A stretch of 59,887 bases of DNA, filler included, from Diploschistes diacapsis (GCA_023645945.1; 5 parts of 5 records of this genome joined end to end with filler, not necessarily neighbours in it), one strand, 5' to 3'. Positions 11,499-23,130 are shown, counted from the first letter of the whole stretch. The notes: a model not told the origin generated them from the letters alone. A program made the numbers and translations.

Positions 11499-11747
11499 TC
11501 TTGATGGGGGCTGGCACGGAGTACAGAGATCGAAACGATAAAATGCCCGTCTATATCTATCCATCCATACACCATCTCGACTTTGACGGGTGTCCGAAAG
11601 ATGCTGCCCATTCCACGTTCCTTTTGCCCTCTAGCTCTTTTAGATAACTGATCCCTGCCCCAATCCCACTCATCGCTCTACGTTGGCTCTAGATCCCCAA
11701 TCGGCACGACCCTGCCCGCAGCTCAGAAGCCCTGAACCAGAACCCTA

Positions 11748-11904
11748 CTACTTCCCCTTCATGATAAACGGATGCCGCAGCGCCTCCGCCGGCGTGCACC
11801 TCCTCTCCGGATTCAGCGCTAGGCACTTGTCCAGCAGATCCACAAACAGGCCCAGCTCCTTGTTCTCCGCCTCGCTCAGCCCGCTCCCGCCCTTGACCCC
11901 TCCC
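11748..11904 (-). CDS. C-terminal end of a Ser/Thr protein kinase (CMGC group, PRP4-kinase-like), truncated by spacer
   Basis: The minus strand reads ...EAENKELGLFVDLLDKCLALNPERRCTPAEALRHPFIMKGK*, i.e. kinase subdomain XI. It is absent from the ORF track because the upstream part is missing. Confidence 0.75.
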
Positions 11905-12004
11905 NNNNNNNNNNNNNNNNNNNNNNNNNNNNNNNNNNNNNNNNNNNNTTAATTAATTAANNNNNNNNNNNNNNNNNNNNNNNNNNNNNNNNNNNNNNNN
12001 NNNN
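11905..12004. other. Artificial contig-joining spacer
   Basis: N44-TTAATTAATTAA-N44, with stops in all six frames; four identical copies in the window. Confidence 0.98.
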
Positions 12005-13921
12005 ATCTGCTTATGTAAAATACGGTAATTTTACATTTACGCTCGATGGGAATGGTCACTAGCTGTATAATTGTAAGTATAGTAGTATAGTAGTATAGTA
12101 GTACAGTAGTACAGTAGTATAGTAGTACAGTAGTGAGCTTAAAGGCGCAGAGAGCACGTATTTCGTATTTACTCCTTTTTGGAAAAAGACCGAGGCCTTC
12201 AGACCAATCAGAGAGCCTTCTCGGAATAACTGGTGGTGGGCGGTAAGTAGTACAGCGTCATACCCATCCCCAGTAGGTACTTCGAGCCAAGCCACTGTAT
12301 ACCGACCGTCATGTTCTCCAGCGTTGCGGCCTGCTTCCCGTCTCTACTGCTCATTAATACTTCGCATACCTTCCCACCGTAGCATGTAGCATGTTCGTGA
12401 CCGTTATCTGCCATTCCGCCACAATATTCCTTATTCCGCTACAAGCTCCGCGTCTCCGAGTCTCGACGTCACCGGAGTTGCCTCCCTCCTTTCATGATGT
12501 CTCCCCCCCCCGAGTAGAAAGTATGTTTGCGAAAGTCCCCCTGCGTTCGATGCTGCATCTCTTGCTCAAAGAAGGGTTAAAAGTTCCCATACACAAGCTC
12601 GTTACAGGCATGTGTACCCTGATTAATTTCCTTGCTCGGCATGCTAAAGAGAGCGCTCAAGGAATGCTGGTCATCCATTATCATGCGGTATAGATTCTGC
12701 AATCCATCAACCTTATCCTCATCGGCCTATTGCTTGCTGCTCAAGTCTGTCTTTGCCTTTTTGTTCTGTCCTTTGGGTCCCTAACAGTGGACTCTGCAGT
12801 TTCAGCGATGCATTCAGACACAAATCGTTACACATGCCGTATCGGGAAAGAGAAGGAGCTGATCAAGGTCGAGAGGGGTACGACAGCGGAGAGGCTGCTG
12901 GGATACTGCTACACCCCAGCAGACTACACGTCAACGCTGCATACAATAAGCGCTTTCTTGAGAAACGGCTGCTGTAAAGCTCAGAGCAACAAGCGCCTTT
13001 CATAGATTTGCAGCACATTATACTCGGCCATTTCGAGGAACAGCCAAATGCTTATTCGACCATCCCGTTGAACAAGCTGCTGCGCTACCTGTGTGGCACT
13101 AAGAGATGCCCTGTGATCTCTTTCTCCTATCAGACTGTTTATCTTGCGACAAAGGAGGTCTGCGAGCATCGAAACTGGAGCTCGGACCCGGAAAGGGGCG
13201 CAACTAAAAGGAGCTCGATCCCTACCTTTTAGGACGATGCATCCATAGCCCAGGCTGTCAGACACTGCGACCTTAATTTTCGACTTCCTTGAATCTTTGA
13301 TCCAGGAATCTGGTGCTGCAACGCTGGGGTAGCAGCGTTTCCTATCCCCACTTGCGGAATTAAAGTTTAAAGTTCCGCATAGTGTCAACTTCGGGCCATT
13401 AGTACGACGGGACCTTGCGAGGCAAGCTGCAAGGAGCAAGCCTTGCCAGCCGAAAGAAACCGCGGAGTGGTAAAATGGAATGTGCCTACACTTCAGCAAA
13501 TACTAAATAAACTTTGCATCAATTCGATTATCGAGGACAAAGCTGCTGGGAAACGTACGAGGTACTAGAAACGCATACTACTTACTCTGTAGGTAGGTAT
13601 TGTCCTGGTATCTCCTTATTGACTGTGTAGCAAGATGAAATCCTTCGTTGCAACGTACGTCGTTTGGAATGCCCTGATTGAACAAAACGAGAAGCAACAG
13701 GGCGTGTTCTCAGACCGTATCTACTGCAGAACCTCGAGAGCACTGGCTGCTGAGGCTGCAGCTGCACCCTTCTAAAAAAACCAAACCAATTTCTTTTCAA
13801 ATGAAAAAGCAGACACTAGCTTTCAAGATGGATTGCGTTCCAGTTCAGAAATCGGGGGGAACAATCGGGGCGAACTGCGTTTGTTTGTTTGTTTGTCTGT
13901 CTGTCTGTCATAACGTAATAC
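12005..13921 (-). mobile_element. Putative decayed repeat/transposon relic bounded by a microsatellite-bearing terminus
   Basis: The minus strand begins TATTACGTTATG-(ACAG)3-(ACAA)4. Broken coding-like frames lie inside, and an 8-bp tandem repeat and 9-bp-stem hairpin (12013-12036) sit at the contig edge. No transposase motif recognised. Confidence 0.3.
12077..12133. repeat. (TAGTAYAG)n 8-bp tandem repeat
   Basis: About seven copies of TAGTATAG/TAGTACAG, read directly. Confidence 0.85.
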
Positions 13922-14460
13922 CAACAACGGCTGTCAAAAACATGGCCAGTTGTTCAGTTGCCCGGGATGTACACCACCACGCTTCTACAAGTGTAACCAC
14001 ATGATCAATGACACCTGCGGAGAATCAAGTAGGATGCGGTGCGAGGTGCAGCCCGCATTATTAGGCACAGAGTATATGTAGCGCTATTGACAGACACGAC
14101 CACATACACATCTCAAATTCGCCAAGCCCAATTTACTTTCAAGGTTTGTCCTTTGTTCATCCCCCCCTAGTCCTAGGAACTTGGACAAAAACCTAGTTTC
14201 CAACTACTCCTATAGTAGACTAGCCCAGTCTCATAGACGACGACTCTTTTCGTCGGAAACTCTGCTGAGCGATCCCTACATCAATCAAGATCCAAGAACC
14301 GGTTTGAACCGAGGGCCACCACCAAGGGGGCCGGCCGAGCTTGTTCAGCAGAGCTCCCTCTTCGTCCATGGAATTATGAAAAACTACATGCTAGCTTGCT
14401 GGCCGGAATCCAAGACACATGCTGCAAATGGAGAGCAACATGACTCGTAATGCCATGGCA

Positions 14461-15956
14461 TCATCGCTTGATAATGGTAACTTTTTCGAAATGTCAGCCC
14501 CTGGCACGCAACTGGAATACGTCCAATAACCTACTAATGTCTTCGTCCGCAAGCTCATGCGCGAGACCCACTCGCTGGGGTTGGTGCTTCACGGAGCGGC
14601 CGTACACAATGGCCTGCCTAAACTGGTCCACGATGGTCTTATGGATTGCATTGCACTTGCACCAGTCAGCAGATTTGCTAACCCGGGCGGATCATCACGG
14701 GTCAGGGCAGGAACTGACGAAATCCTCTACGGTACAGGCGCTCTTCCTCAGCACGACCGGGGCAGAGTAATCCGGGGTCTTGCCCTTCGGCTTCGTGTAG
14801 ATGCGTCGCAACGAAAGCTTCTCCCACATCTGCTCCAGGAGCTCGTCGATATTCCAGCCGTGCTCGGAGCTGATCGGGCAGGCGTTTGGGATTCTGTAGA
14901 GCAGGTCGAGCTCCTCGATGGAGATGGAGTCGATCTTGTTCAGCGCGTAGATGACTGGGATGTAGCTTCTGCTTTTCGCTTCTATGATGTCTATTAGGTC
15001 GTCAATCGTCGCGTCGCATCGTATGGCAATGTCGGCAGATGCTATGCGATACTCGCCCATCACAGCTTTGATTTCCTAGCTTGGTAAGCATGAAGTGCTC
15101 CTGCGCTCCAGGGCGCAAGCTCACATCGTGCGATATGTGGGTTAGCGGTACTGTGTTGGTGATGGCAATGCCTCCCTTGTCCTTTTTCCTGAAGACAATG
15201 TTCGGCGGCTCCTTGTTGATGCGAATGCCAAAGCCTTCCAGCTCCGATTCAATGACCCTCTTGTCAGTGAGAGGTTTATTGACATCCAACACAATGAAGA
15301 TCAGATGGCAAGTCTTCGCCACGGCAATGACCTGACGACCTCTTCCCTTCCCGTCCTTTGCTCCCTCGATGATTCCCGGAAGGTCCAGTATCTGTATGTT
15401 GGCGCCATTGTACTGCACCTGGCCCGGCACGGTCGTTAAAGTCGTGAATTCATATGCCGCAGCCTCCGAGTGTTGGCCTGTCAGTTTGCTCATCAAGGTC
15501 GACTTTCCGACCGAGGGAAATCCGATGAAGCCGATGCTGGCCACCCCCGTCCTCGCAACATCGAAGCCGACACCTCCTCCGCCACCGCTCGACGAGGGGG
15601 TCAAGAGCTCCCTCTTGAGCTTGGCGAGTTTTGCTTTCAGCTGGCCTTGCAACTCTCAGCGCTTGGGGATCAAAAGGCAGCATACTTGGACCCAACCTAG
15701 ATGAAAAGACGTGGCTTTATTGTGCAAGCCGTGAGTATTCAGAAAGGCAGTCCTTGAGCATCACGTATCTTCTGTTTCGCCGTCAGCTTTGAGTCACGGG
15801 CCTGGTTCTCGGGTCAACGGACTTGGGTCTTCGCCATCTCATCCTCGATAGCTTTTATCTACGTGAAAACCAGCGTGGTCAACCACAAGCTTCCGTGTCT
15901 GGAGCGCAGTGCAGTCCCGTCCAACTAAGACTTACCTTATCCGCTGTTGTCGCCAT
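14461..15956 (-). CDS. RBG1: Developmentally regulated GTP-binding protein DRG1/Rbg1
   Basis: Spliced product [43 protein letters not shown]..., with G1 [29 protein letters not shown] and a TGS domain ending EDIITIIKR*. Seven introns, including a 3-nt microexon (15769-15771) and an AT-AC intron (15722-15768). Confidence 0.96.
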
Positions 15957-16033
15957 CTTGAGAAATGGTATCCGATTTGTATGATTAAAGTAGTTTTCGT
16001 GTTTAAAATTGATGTGTGCTAATATTCACATAA

Positions 16034-16501
16034 CAGCGGGGTGCCAAAAAGTATTTGGGTTCTCCCCCATTTCTCACGAAAATCGATAAACTTTATACCC
16101 AATTATCTTCCTTAAAATATGCCCAATTCGAAAATTCAAAACATCATAAAGAGCTTGAAAGCATTACGCATACAGGAGACCTTTTTTTCGAATTTTCTCG
16201 AATTTTCTCGAGTGCCTAACGTGTGGGGGGGGGGAACATTCGAGAAAAACCAGTCCCCACCAAAAATCGCGGTTACAAAGTTGGTGCTGGCTGTTTTCGT
16301 CGACGACTTAGGGCTCCCAGAAACATTCAATAAAATTGCGGAAAAATGAGAAGGAAGTTGAAAAGCTTTAAAAAGCTTCCGGGGGGTTTTTTTGTCCAAT
16401 TTTTAAAAACCTTTTCGCAGAGATATAAGGGCTAGGAAAGCGACTTTTTCGGTGAGAATTTTGGTGGTGGGGAGGACCTAATTACTTTTTTGCCTATATA
16501 G
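16034..16501. mobile_element. Degenerate Tc1/mariner-type (mimp-like) fold-back MITE
   Basis: The left end CAGCGGGGTGCCAAAAAGTATTTGGG resembles impala/mimp-type TIRs. The reverse complement of 16441-16494 aligns with gaps to 16043-16085 (GC.AAAAAGTA.TT.GGT..TCCCC...TTCTCA.CGAAAA..TCG). TA follows the right end. Confidence 0.6.
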
Positions 16502-16978
16502 TACTTTACTAGTTGATTAAAACCTAATTTGTAAAGGTTTCTGAATTCCTAAAATAAATCATATTATTACGTTGAATTAAAGTGGTTTTTAAATTATACT
16601 AATATGTTTTTGTTAAGATATAAAAATCCCTACAAAATCTTTGTTAAAGAAAATCAAAATTGTTTATTCTAATAACAATATAAGTCGCGCTACGTTTTCT
16701 TATCATTAAATAGAAATGATAAGTTTTTATTTCAATTTTATATTAATCGCTTAAGCTTACCAATCGGTCTTGAATCAATTTGTGACTATGCAACATGAAT
16801 CACCACCCGTTACTATCACAAATCACGAACTCTTATCAATGTCAAGATAAAGATGCTGTCTCAAGCTCAGATTGAATAATTTCACCAGCATATTTATCGC
16901 TCTACCTACTTCATACTAGGTCACCTCGATTCGATTTGTACGTTAAGCATATCAGGCTTCTCCTTTACCTTCAGCAAC

Positions 16979-17793
16979 ATGCAGCCATCGCCATCTACCA
17001 GCAGTACCTTTCTGGGCGTGAAGACGACCTTCGATAGCTTAGTCGAGGCGCTGAGTCAGGCTTTGGGTCCGTCCTCCGGACTAGATTCAGAGGGTGTCGA
17101 TATTCGGGCTCTTGAAGATCTCATGAAGAACTATGCTTCTGATGAGTCGGCCTGGTCTAAATATGCCTTCAAGGATCCGAGCAGAGGCTACACTAGGAAC
17201 CTGGTCGATAAAGGCAATGGGAAAAGTAACCTTGTAGGAACCTATTTTCTTATGTGGTCTCTGCTCTGATTGTATCAGCTCGTCGTCGTCTGGACTCCTG
17301 CGAAAGGTTCGCCGGTTCACGACCATGCGAACGCGCACTGTATTATGAAGGTGAGTGTCTCAAGCACGTCTATTGCAAGGTCTAACAAGATCGAGATACT
17401 TCGAGGTCGTCTCACGGAGACACGATACGACTGGCCAGGCGTTGAGGCTGCTCAGCTGCCAATAAAGCAAGAAACCACGTTTCAAGAGAACGACGTGACG
17501 TACATGTCAGATACAGTAAGCTCACAAAGGAAGAAACAGTTCGACTCGAGCATTGACATAGTGCTCAGCTAGGCCTCCACAAGATCTGGAATCCTGATCC
17601 TGAAAACTTCGCGGTTTCATTGCACTGTCAGTCCATCAAGAAGCTTCGTATCGAGAGCGTGATACTGATAAGCCCAGTATACACACCGCCTAATGCGGCC
17701 AAGTTTGGTTGTAGCATCTTCGATGAATCCACGGGCAAAGCGAGCCACATCTCGCAGACCAATTTCTTTTCGCAGTTTGGCTACAAGGTGTGA
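16979..17793 (+). CDS. CDO1: Cysteine dioxygenase
   Basis: Five exons give [35 protein letters not shown] (HxH), LGLHKI and SLHLYTPP; stop TGA at 17791-17793. Confidence 0.95.
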
Positions 17794-18334
17794 GAGCAGT
17801 AGTGACCTGCAGCCTCGTATTGCTCGTTATGCTCGTTATATAGAGCGAGAATGTCGTCTCCGACAGGTTAAAAAATGACTCAGAAAAAGTTCAGCTGAGA
17901 TGAAGATAGCTCAATGACTGAAGCACAGTAGAGCTGAAGTGTTTTGTTTATCTTAATTGAGTATGAAAGTAGTAAACGCAAGATGAACAAAATGGTTCGA
18001 GATGCCTGGCGGGGGCGCCGGACTTGCAAATCGGCTAAGATTTAGGGGCGTTGTTTTGAGCACATGTAGAAGCTTGACGTCGATACATGCTGTAAAGCGT
18101 GTTCTGTTCACATTCTTGATGATTGCGCTTATTCACGTTCTTTAGCCTTGCTGTTGAATTGTTCCCGAAGGCAATTCTATAGACTAATGGTTTGGGCCAA
18201 GTTTTAAGCAAGCTCTCTGCTATGCCGCTCGTTACCCTCCAACCTTGCCGGCCTAGGGTTCGGCCCATTTGTCTAACCTAAGCAGTTTCGATGCTGCCAT
18301 ACTCTTAATCGAAAGCGTTCGTGCTCCGAAGAGC

Positions 18335-20128
18335 ATGAAGTCACGGCGACTTTCGACGCTTGTGCTACTATGCATCTTCATCATAGCTACGACCTTGTTG
18401 CTACGGAGTCCTTCGCCAGCATCTGATATCCCCAATTTGCCAATTCCCCATTATACACCACCATCGCCGCCGTTACGACCTACGCCTGATCGCACACAGT
18501 CCAGCCACGATTCACATCCTGTTCTGCAACTCATCGATGCGGCAGCGCAGGAGGCGGAAGAGACCCTAAAGAGACAGTCGGTGACCCTGAGCGATGCGGT
18601 CAAGGAATATAAGAGGCGGTACAAGCTCAATCCGCCGCCGAACTTTGACAAATGGTATTACATGGCCAAGGAGCGGGGAGTTCAGTTAATAGACGAATAC
18701 GACACCATATACCACTCGCTCCTCCCGTTCTGGTCTCTTTCTCCCTCTGTTATCCGCGCTCGAGCGCGAGAATCGCTGGGGTTCGACAATGCACTGATGG
18801 GCATTTCCATACGCAACGGAAAGGTCGCCAATATCCAAGGCGCTGAGCAGTGGCAGCAGACGGCCACCTTGGACATGATCAAGGGTTTCATGCAATACCT
18901 CCCGGATATGGACCTCGCCTTCAACATTCACGACGAGCCAAGAGTAGTTGTCCCTCACGATGACCTGGTGCGACTTGTAAGCAACGCAATCGATGTAGCG
19001 GTCCCTGCGGCCGCCGCAAACAAGGATCCCAAGAATGCTTGGTCACCGCGACCGGCTGACCTCAATGATGGCAGGTCATTACCTGATTACAGGATTACAC
19101 GGTTCAACAGGTTTGCTCACCAGCCCGTCTGGACACAATCGCGTCTCTCGTGCCCACCGGAAAGCCCGGCGCGGTCATTGAGCGAGCCTCAGGTGGATAA
19201 TACGGCCATCTATACCTTTTCAAATCTTGGTCTGGTTCGCAACAAGACCGCCTTCTCAGACATATGCAATTCACCTTCGTTCAAGGAGACATTTGGGTTT
19301 TTTGATAGACCCAACGCATTTGATGTCGTTCATGACCTTTTCCCCATCTTTTCACAGAGCAAAGTAAGCAGCTTCCAGGATATTCTCTATCCATCTCCAT
19401 GGTATTGGGCAAATAAAGTCCCATATCGCGCTTCCAAGGACTACAAATGGCCAGACAAGGAAAACTCGATGTGGTGGCGAGGGTCAACCACCGGTGGCTT
19501 TTCACGTGACGGTGGATGGAGGCGGCAGCATCGGCAGCATGTCGTGCGCGCGGTCAATTCGCATGATAAGACGAACATACTTGAGCTAGCAGGCGGAGAA
19601 GGTCAAAAACTTCATTGGGAGACACAAGAGGTCTTGAAAACAGACTACAAGAGCCTGTTCGATGTGCACTTTTCGCACGTCGGACAGTGCGACCCAGGCG
19701 ACTGTGATGCGCAACGCGAGTTTTTCGACATTGCCAAAACGGCTGCACAGGAGGATGCCTGGCACTACAAGTACCTCCTCGATATGGACGGCAACGCCTT
19801 TAGTGGCCGCTTTTACGCATTCTTGAAGAGCCAGAGCCTTGTCTTCAAGATGGCGATATTCCGGGAATGGCATGAAGAATGGATCAAGCCCTGGATACAC
19901 TACATTCCTCTCAGCCTGAACTGCAGCGAATATTTCGAGGTCATGAGGTATTTCGACCGAGAGTCGGAAGGACAGGAACAAGCCTTGCGGGTGGCAGAGG
20001 CGGGCAGGGACTGGTCGCGACAGATCTTACGGAATGATGATTTCGAGGTATGGCTCTTCCGTCTGCTGTTGGAATATGGGCGTTTGGTAGATGATAATAG
20101 GAACGAATTGGGCTACAAGGCTACATGA
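18335..20128 (+). CDS. Glycosyltransferase family 90 (CAP10/beta-1,2-xylosyltransferase-like)
   Basis: N-terminal signal anchor; EYKRRYKLNPPPNFDKW, LPDMDLAFNIHDEPRV, WRGSTTGG, YKYLLDMDGNAFSGRF and PWIHYIP motifs. Intronless. Confidence 0.92.
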   Translation: MKSRRLSTLVLLCIFIIATTLLLRSPSPASDIPNLPIPHYTPPSPPLRPTPDRTQSSHDSHPVLQLIDAAAQEAEETLKRQSVTLSDAVKEYKRRYKLNPPPNFDKWYYMAKERGVQLIDEYDTIYHSLLPFWSLSPSVIRARARESLGFDNALMGISIRNGKVANIQGAEQWQQTATLDMIKGFMQYLPDMDLAFNIHDEPRVVVPHDDLVRLVSNAIDVAVPAAAANKDPKNAWSPRPADLNDGRSLPDYRITRFNRFAHQPVWTQSRLSCPPESPARSLSEPQVDNTAIYTFSNLGLVRNKTAFSDICNSPSFKETFGFFDRPNAFDVVHDLFPIFSQSKVSSFQDILYPSPWYWANKVPYRASKDYKWPDKENSMWWRGSTTGGFSRDGGWRRQHRQHVVRAVNSHDKTNILELAGGEGQKLHWETQEVLKTDYKSLFDVHFSHVGQCDPGDCDAQREFFDIAKTAAQEDAWHYKYLLDMDGNAFSGRFYAFLKSQSLVFKMAIFREWHEEWIKPWIHYIPLSLNCSEYFEVMRYFDRESEGQEQALRVAEAGRDWSRQILRNDDFEVWLFRLLLEYGRLVDDNRNELGYKAT

Positions 20129-20652
20129 ATGCGTATGCCCTGCATCGGCGCGTTTGCATATACGGTTAATTTCGAGTATATATTCATAATTGAGCGTTGC
20201 TGCAAAATGAAGCGTACTTTTCCGAAAGCCCATGCTCTCAAATTCTCGTCTGCGATGCTATGCTGAATAGCTTTCGCCATCGATCCGGTCATTCTGGGCA
20301 ATGGCGGAAAGGCGGGAACTTGCAGGGGTAGCCCTCTCCCACCACGAGACATTCATCCACTCCGCCTACCAAATTGAAGATCTCGAGCACGTGGTTGCGC
20401 GCCCTCGAGGGATCGTCGTCTTCAACACCACCTACAAAGCACTAGCCTGCAGCTTGCGCAAAATGGGAAGGTCAACAAGCTACTATGGAGATGCTTTACA
20501 GAATCTTCATCTTCATCTTCATCTCCATCTCCATGGCCAAGGCGACTGGCCATCTCCAGCGTTTACATTGCTCATTCTCCTTCGTAACTTAATCTGCCAC
20601 TTCACGTATCGATTGGCTAAAGAGCCTATTCATGTGAAGCTCTGCAAAAAGT

Positions 20653-23130
20653 ATGGCACTTCCAACCCTTGGGGGCTGGCTGACAGCAGCACTCTTTGCC
20701 TGTCTGGTGGACGCTCAACAAGCACAGCTACCAGGCTCATCTACATACAAGGCGCCTGCTGGTTTCCCTACGTCGCTATTCAAGTCGTATTATGCTCCAG
20801 CATCGCCTACTCAGGAACCTCAACCCGTGGTCTCTGATCCAGCATTGCAGGAGATCTATCCTCTCAACCTGACGGATCCTAAGGACATTCCCACCTCGAA
20901 TTCAGATCCAGTATACTTTCCTCCCTCCGTTCAGCCTACCTCGAATGCTTCCACGCAAACCTTTCTGCAGTCGGCATATCAACAGGTCCAAGAAATCATC
21001 ACTGGCAGCGGCATTTCGGGCAATTGCAGCAAATGCATTGCGGCCCTGAATGTCGGCAAGTCAATCGCTCAAGTGGCCCCTCAAGCACTACCGCCCCTGT
21101 TCATCAGCCTATGCGAGTCAACTGGCTTCGCTTCCAATACGACTTGCCAGACAACGTACTCTGCACAAGCTCTGGGCTCCCTCTGGACGCAAGTACTGGC
21201 TTATGCTGATGTGTCCGGCCAGGATGGTCTCTATATCTGCAACTCGCTCTCTTCGACGTTCTGCCCGGCGCAGAAAGCGAACGCTTTGAGCACGACGGGC
21301 TTGTTTCCTAAGCCTAAACCAGCAAATGCGACGGCGCCAAAGCCCAGCGGAAACCGGGTCAAGGTCCTCCATCTGTCCGACTTGCATCTTGATCCACGCT
21401 ATTTTGTATCGGCCGAAGCGAATTGCACTTCTGGTCTGTGCTGCAGAACGAATGCCAAGGCTGCCGGATCCAACGGCTCAATCGCGCTTCCTGCTTCTCT
21501 ATACGGGGCCTACAAATGCGATGCACCTTACGACCTGATCGCAGCTGCTATGGAGGCAATCGATCCACTAACCGGGATCAATACCGAAAAGGCCTTTTCA
21601 ATTTACACTGGAGATGTGGCGGCGCACGATCCTGCTAACCAAATCTCACGTGCCTACGTGGAATACTGCGAGGACAGTGTGTACAGTCTCATCAAGTCGT
21701 ACGTCAGAGGCTCGGTCTTCGCTACCTTAGGCAACCACGACACCAGTCCCGTAGCTATCGATAGCCCTCATACGCTTCCTGGTCCTCTTGGCCAACAATT
21801 CGCGTGGAACTATGATCATGTATCTAGTCTTTGGCAGGCCGATGGCTGGATCAACAGCGCTGCCGCTGCACAAGCTCGTATCCATTACGGCGCTTATGCG
21901 ACGGTCAATAGTTTTGGTCTGAAGATCATCTCGCTCAATACGGACTTCTGGTACAGAAGGAACATTCTAAACTTTATCAACACAACCGACCCGGACGTTT
22001 CCGGAATGCAGCAGTTTCTGATCGAGGAGCTGCAAGCTGCGGAAGATGCTGGCCAGCGGGTTTGGGTAATGTAGAAACCGCGAGGCTATAGGATACACGC
22101 ACTTACAGAAGCAACAGATAATAGGGCATGTGCTGAGTGGATGGGTTTGCTCTTTTTTTGCCCAGAACACGAAGGCATACCTGACAAAGTCCACAGGATG
22201 GGACGAATCCGCTGCCCAACCCGTAAAGCCTTCCCCCCATAATATTCAGCAACACGTATACATTCCTACTAACGTAATATAGAACAAATCTGTTCTATCA
22301 GATCGTTGACCGTTATTCGCCCCATGGTAGGCTTGCTGCTGCCGAGTATCTGGGCTTAAGCTGATGAGAGCAGTTGTTGCGAACGTCATGTTCGGTCATA
22401 CTCAGTTTGTAACGGTCACCGATCTGAACGATCCATAACTGACCTGGCCCAGTGAGGACCAAAACTTCGTCTTCTACTCGAACAATGGCACAGTCCAAAA
22501 CGCCAGTACTGCCCTTACTCCGGCTTGGATAGGTGACTGCCTCTGTTAACTTGCTTTGGAACGTGCTTGTTAAGTATGGTCAGGGCCGAGTGTGACGCCC
22601 CTTACCAACCTCAACAGCGGTTTCAAGCTCTACAGGTATCAACGATGCCCTCGCTCCCAAGGCGTTCTGACAAGCTTTCTCCTGCCACAGCGTCGATACA
22701 TCCACCTTCGACGTCTACGACGCCTACGCCTTCTACGCGAATGTCGAATCCTTCTCTGACCTCTCCACCTCCTCGGGCCCAACTTTCCAGTTCGAGTATT
22801 CGACCCGTGAGGCCTACCCTATTGGCTGGCCTGACGAGGCCCCTCTGAACGCGACGTACTGGCACTTGGTCACAGAAGCAATGGAGACGAACAGGACAAT
22901 GGTGGAGCTGTATAATACGCATCAGGGGAAGTCAAGTGTTTTGAGCCCGAACTGTAGCAGCGATGCGTGCGCGGCGGCGAAGATCTGCTACATGAGGAGT
23001 GGGAGCCAACCGCTTGGAAGCCAGTGTCCGCAGGGGTAAGTCTGCTGACTTGAACATCGGTGCTTGACGTACTTTGCTAACAGTAAGCAGTTTTGGGTCG
23101 GTGCAGAGCGCTTACACAGGGAAGTCGTAG
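20653..23130 (+). CDS. Secreted sphingomyelin phosphodiesterase (acid sphingomyelinase-like metallophosphoesterase)
   Basis: Signal peptide, Cys-rich saposin-like segment, HLSDLHLD, YTGD, LGNHD. After eight short GT-AG introns come GHV, FGHTHED and PSVTPLTNLNSGF; stop TAG at 23128-23130. Confidence 0.92.

Noticed and set aside
11949..11960. TTAATTAATTAA recurring every ~12 kb as a biological periodic repeat
   Set aside because: Always centred in N44 flanks, so it is an assembly linker.
15722..15768. U12-type minor-spliceosome intron
   Set aside because: It lacks the ATATCCTT donor and TCCTTAAC branch consensus; the signals are U2-like.
1376..20128. Acyltransferase-3 plus CAP10-like GT90 as a capsule-like polysaccharide cluster
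   Set aside because: They lie on different concatenated contigs, so there is no evidence of linkage.
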